In this document: positions 24,168 through 27,155 of the stretch, one piece after another
How positions within the stretch are numbered: position 1 is the stretch's first letter
Layout of the letters: every line of letters begins with the position of its first letter
From: Paramecium tetraurelia
Taxonomy: Eukaryota
DNA length: 27,155 bases
Assembly: GCA_000165425.1 (NCBI GenBank)
Contig: CT868452.1
Location: 434,001 to 461,155 of the forward strand
Direction: 5' to 3'
Position numbers and translations under genes: made by a program
Notes under the pieces: model-generated
What the model was told of the DNA's origin: nothing
What the model saw: only the letters and a program-made list of their open reading frames with translations
Databases searched by the model: none

Positions 24168-26152
24168 ATAATATATATCTATTTTTGTAATGTACAATAA
24201 TTATATATTTTTATATTTATCTGCAAGGAAACTAAATTGTTAGTAGCATTAGGAACTTCAACATTGAAAAACCCTTTAAATTTTCATAACTTAGATTAAA
24301 TTAAAATTCTTCAACTATACTAAGTATGTACAAGAATAACATTGATACCAACTTATCCTTCCTCTTTAGTCATATTAATGAATAGGTGAAGCTAGTCGGA
24401 ATATAACACCACTGGTGACCTCCAATTATTCTTTTCAAATTCCTTGTTTTAAAAACAACGCCAAAATATTTCTTAGCAATGATCTATATTATAATGAATA
24501 GGAATAATAATCATAATTTAAATTTTCTTCTTTATTAATTTGAAATAATTTGGAAGAGCTATTACAAAGCGCAAACTCTTAATTTAAACTGATTACAACA
24601 AATCTATTTTAATAGTAATTTCATAAAATTGCAAAAATCATGTAATTTTAGCTGAAATAATCTAAAAATAGTTTTCTCAGGAAATATAAATTTCAAAAAT
24701 TACTAATGGGTTTATTTTCATATTAACAAGTGTCTAGATAACGACTCTAATTAAAATTGCTTAAAGATAATCAATTCTAGAGAATTGTTTTAGAATATTA
24801 TTTTACTTAAAGTAAGAAAAAGAAGTGAAATCTTGTTTTAAAAAATGTATTCCTCGGTAGAATTAGGAAGAAGATGGCATTTCATTTAACTCTTTTTCTA
24901 ATCCTGTTGAATTCTAAGGTGTTCAGTTTGACTTTAGATATTTTTTACCCTCAACTGTTTGAATATTACTATAGAGTATATCTTTAAACATTGGGAAACT
25001 ATTCATTTGAGTTTATTATTTATACCAAATGGATGACCCATTGATAAAGGGGAAAATCCAAATTTATAATAAATCTGCCTGTCATTTTCTTTAGTTTTCA
25101 CAATTACTTATAATATATAGCACATCAAAGCTCAAGTGTTAATCCTAATTAAAATAATTTTAGCAATTGCTTAAAAAAAATATTTAGGTGATATTTTATG
25201 TAAAAAAATACACATCAAATTAAAATGAGAAGAAATAAAATCACGTGTTATTTTCTCTCACGAAGATAATCGATAGTATTTATAAAAAACTCTGGTTTTA
25301 ATTTTTCTATCATCTAATAATTAATTGAATTGGTTTTGATCAATTATTACACTTATCTCTGAAATGGAAATGGTTTACCACATATAATTAAATGTCCTAA
25401 TACGCGAGATACATTTATCTTGAATTAGTTAAATGATTATCAACTATTTTATTAAATATTTTTATTCCTGAGATTTTGATTTATTGGGTAAGCAAGGGTT
25501 AAAGGGTGATATAAAAGAAGCTTAGAACTGAAGTTACTATGTTTATGATATATTTATTGACTTTTTATTATTTTAAAGAAACTCCATTATCCCAACCAAA
25601 TCTTTTGTTCTGCATCACTTTATTGCCTGCTATCCTTGATATATAGTATCTTTTTAGCATATATTCAAATTAATTTAAATCCAAGATTAGAAAGAAGAAA
25701 ACTCATAATAAAATAATATTTTGATAGATTGAGAATTCTATGTGCTTTAAGAATGGAGTAATTCTTCAGATACTCCCTAACTTTAAATTCTATAATATAA
25801 CATTCTTCTCTCATATTTCTAGCCAATTTTGAGTGAATTCTGTTTATAATTACTTCAGGTAAGAATTTGCTTTTTATCTCTGCTTGATTTTGAACTTTTG
25901 ACTTTTTGAAAATATTTAATAATTTTTAAATGTGAGCATCATTTTTTTATTAAATAGCAACAAGAAATTAGAAGTAATTCTGTAAAATAATCCATCCAAA
26001 AGAATTGAAAAATTTTATTAATATTTCCTAAGGTTTATTTACTATAAATATCCAAATCGCTATGCCTTCTATCATTCTCAGCCCAGCTTTTCAGACCGTG
26101 TTTTAATCTTCTAGTCGATTAAAGTCCTTTAAAGGAAAGATTTTTCAGAAAC

Positions 26153-27155
26153 ATGAGCAAAGAGTCCAGAATGCAAGAGATTGTGGAAAAGACTATGCCT
26201 GCTAAGTCCAAGACCAACTACTAACCTCTCGATACATACTTATTCGAATCTAAAATTTTCGAATCAATACTAACCTTAACCGAGCATTTTAAAAATCAAT
26301 AATAACAAATTTATAAACATAAATGAAGAGGAAGAATTATATATCCTTAGAAAGAGACTTAAAAATGGAGATGAAGATTAAGTCTTTTGATTAATCAAGA
26401 TGGAAAAATGACTGGTAAAATAATTGATGCATCTGAATCAGGAATAAAACAATTTGAAGGACCTATGTTTACAGACCTCCACATTGAAACAGAGCGACAA
26501 GATGGTAAATGGATCAGAAGAATCTTCCTGATGTAAAAAAAGATTTGGAAGATATGTCTACTTGCATAGATATGGGATCTGCCAAATTATACTCCAGAAT
26601 AATATGACCGCAGGAAGGTACTAAACATATCGGAAGAGTTGGTTTTAAGCATGACTTGAGGAGCTAATCCCAATAAACCTAAATTCAGATTAATTGCAAG
26701 CACTAAGAAAAATAAGTTAGAAGAGTTTCTATATGGAATTCTTTACATAAATAGATTGGGGTTTCCTATTAAGGCACAATTCTGGAGAACAGTAAAGTAT
26801 CAATAGTGTACTAGATAAGTATATAGGCTTAGAGACTTAAGAATTGAAGAAGCAGAAGGAGATTTGGAATACAGATGTAGACTTATCAAACCTGGAACAA
26901 TTGGAAGAAAGGTTAACACAGGAATGATCGTTTAACATAGAAAGTAATAATACAGTTCAGGATCGAAGGGGAGAAGTCCCTACTAGGGGAATTAGAAAGC
27001 AACATTCACCTAATAGGCCAACTTTGAAGACTCCCTGACAGCTGAATGTTTGATTAGGACGTTTATGGAGAAGGGCAACATGGAGGACCATATTTTAAAA
27101 CCTTTATTCGTGGGTGGATCTCGGCCAAGAGAAGGAGAATCGGATTGTCAACTCG
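26153..27155 (+). pseudogene. Decayed coding sequence of unknown family (possible mobile-element relic), runs off the window end
   Basis: Higher GC than the surroundings (25/60 in 27061-27120). Protein-like stretches in alternating frames are broken by TGA at 26657 and 26925 and by apparent frameshifts, e.g. IWDLPNYTPEQYDRRKVLNISEELVLSM / EELIPINLNSDQLQALRKISQKSFYMEFFTQIDWGFLLR. No catalytic motif recognised. Confidence 0.4.

Noticed and set aside
25480..25510. TTGGG/AGGGTT tracts as telomeric repeats
   Set aside because: No tandem G3T3/G4T2 units.

Overview
AT-rich ciliate nuclear DNA, most likely a Paramecium macronuclear scaffold. TAA/TAG read as Gln, TGA is the only stop, and introns are 21-31 nt GT-AG, so the supplied standard-code ORF track misses every real gene. 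The left 6 kb is a tightly packed, intron-rich block: a partial hypothetical gene, a SAXO/STOP-type microtubule-stabilising protein, a small hypothetical gene, a coiled-coil protein and the PP4 catalytic subunit. Next comes a ~9 kb gene for a ~2,970-aa VLIG/GVIN1-type giant GTPase with a C-terminal Cys/His cluster and a vWA domain; it has one frame break near 8.54 kb. Head-to-head with it is a ~6.7 kb Cys-rich multi-pass surface protein gene interrupted by an assembly gap. The last 3 kb contains only decayed ORFs. The most notable observations are the VLIG-vWA architecture, three copies of a degenerate ~200-nt non-coding element bracketing that gene in inverted orientation, its -1 frame break at a T-TTA-AAA site, and a G-to-T converted ghost copy of coding sequence after the N gap. 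All translations and alignments were done by hand; no database searches were run.
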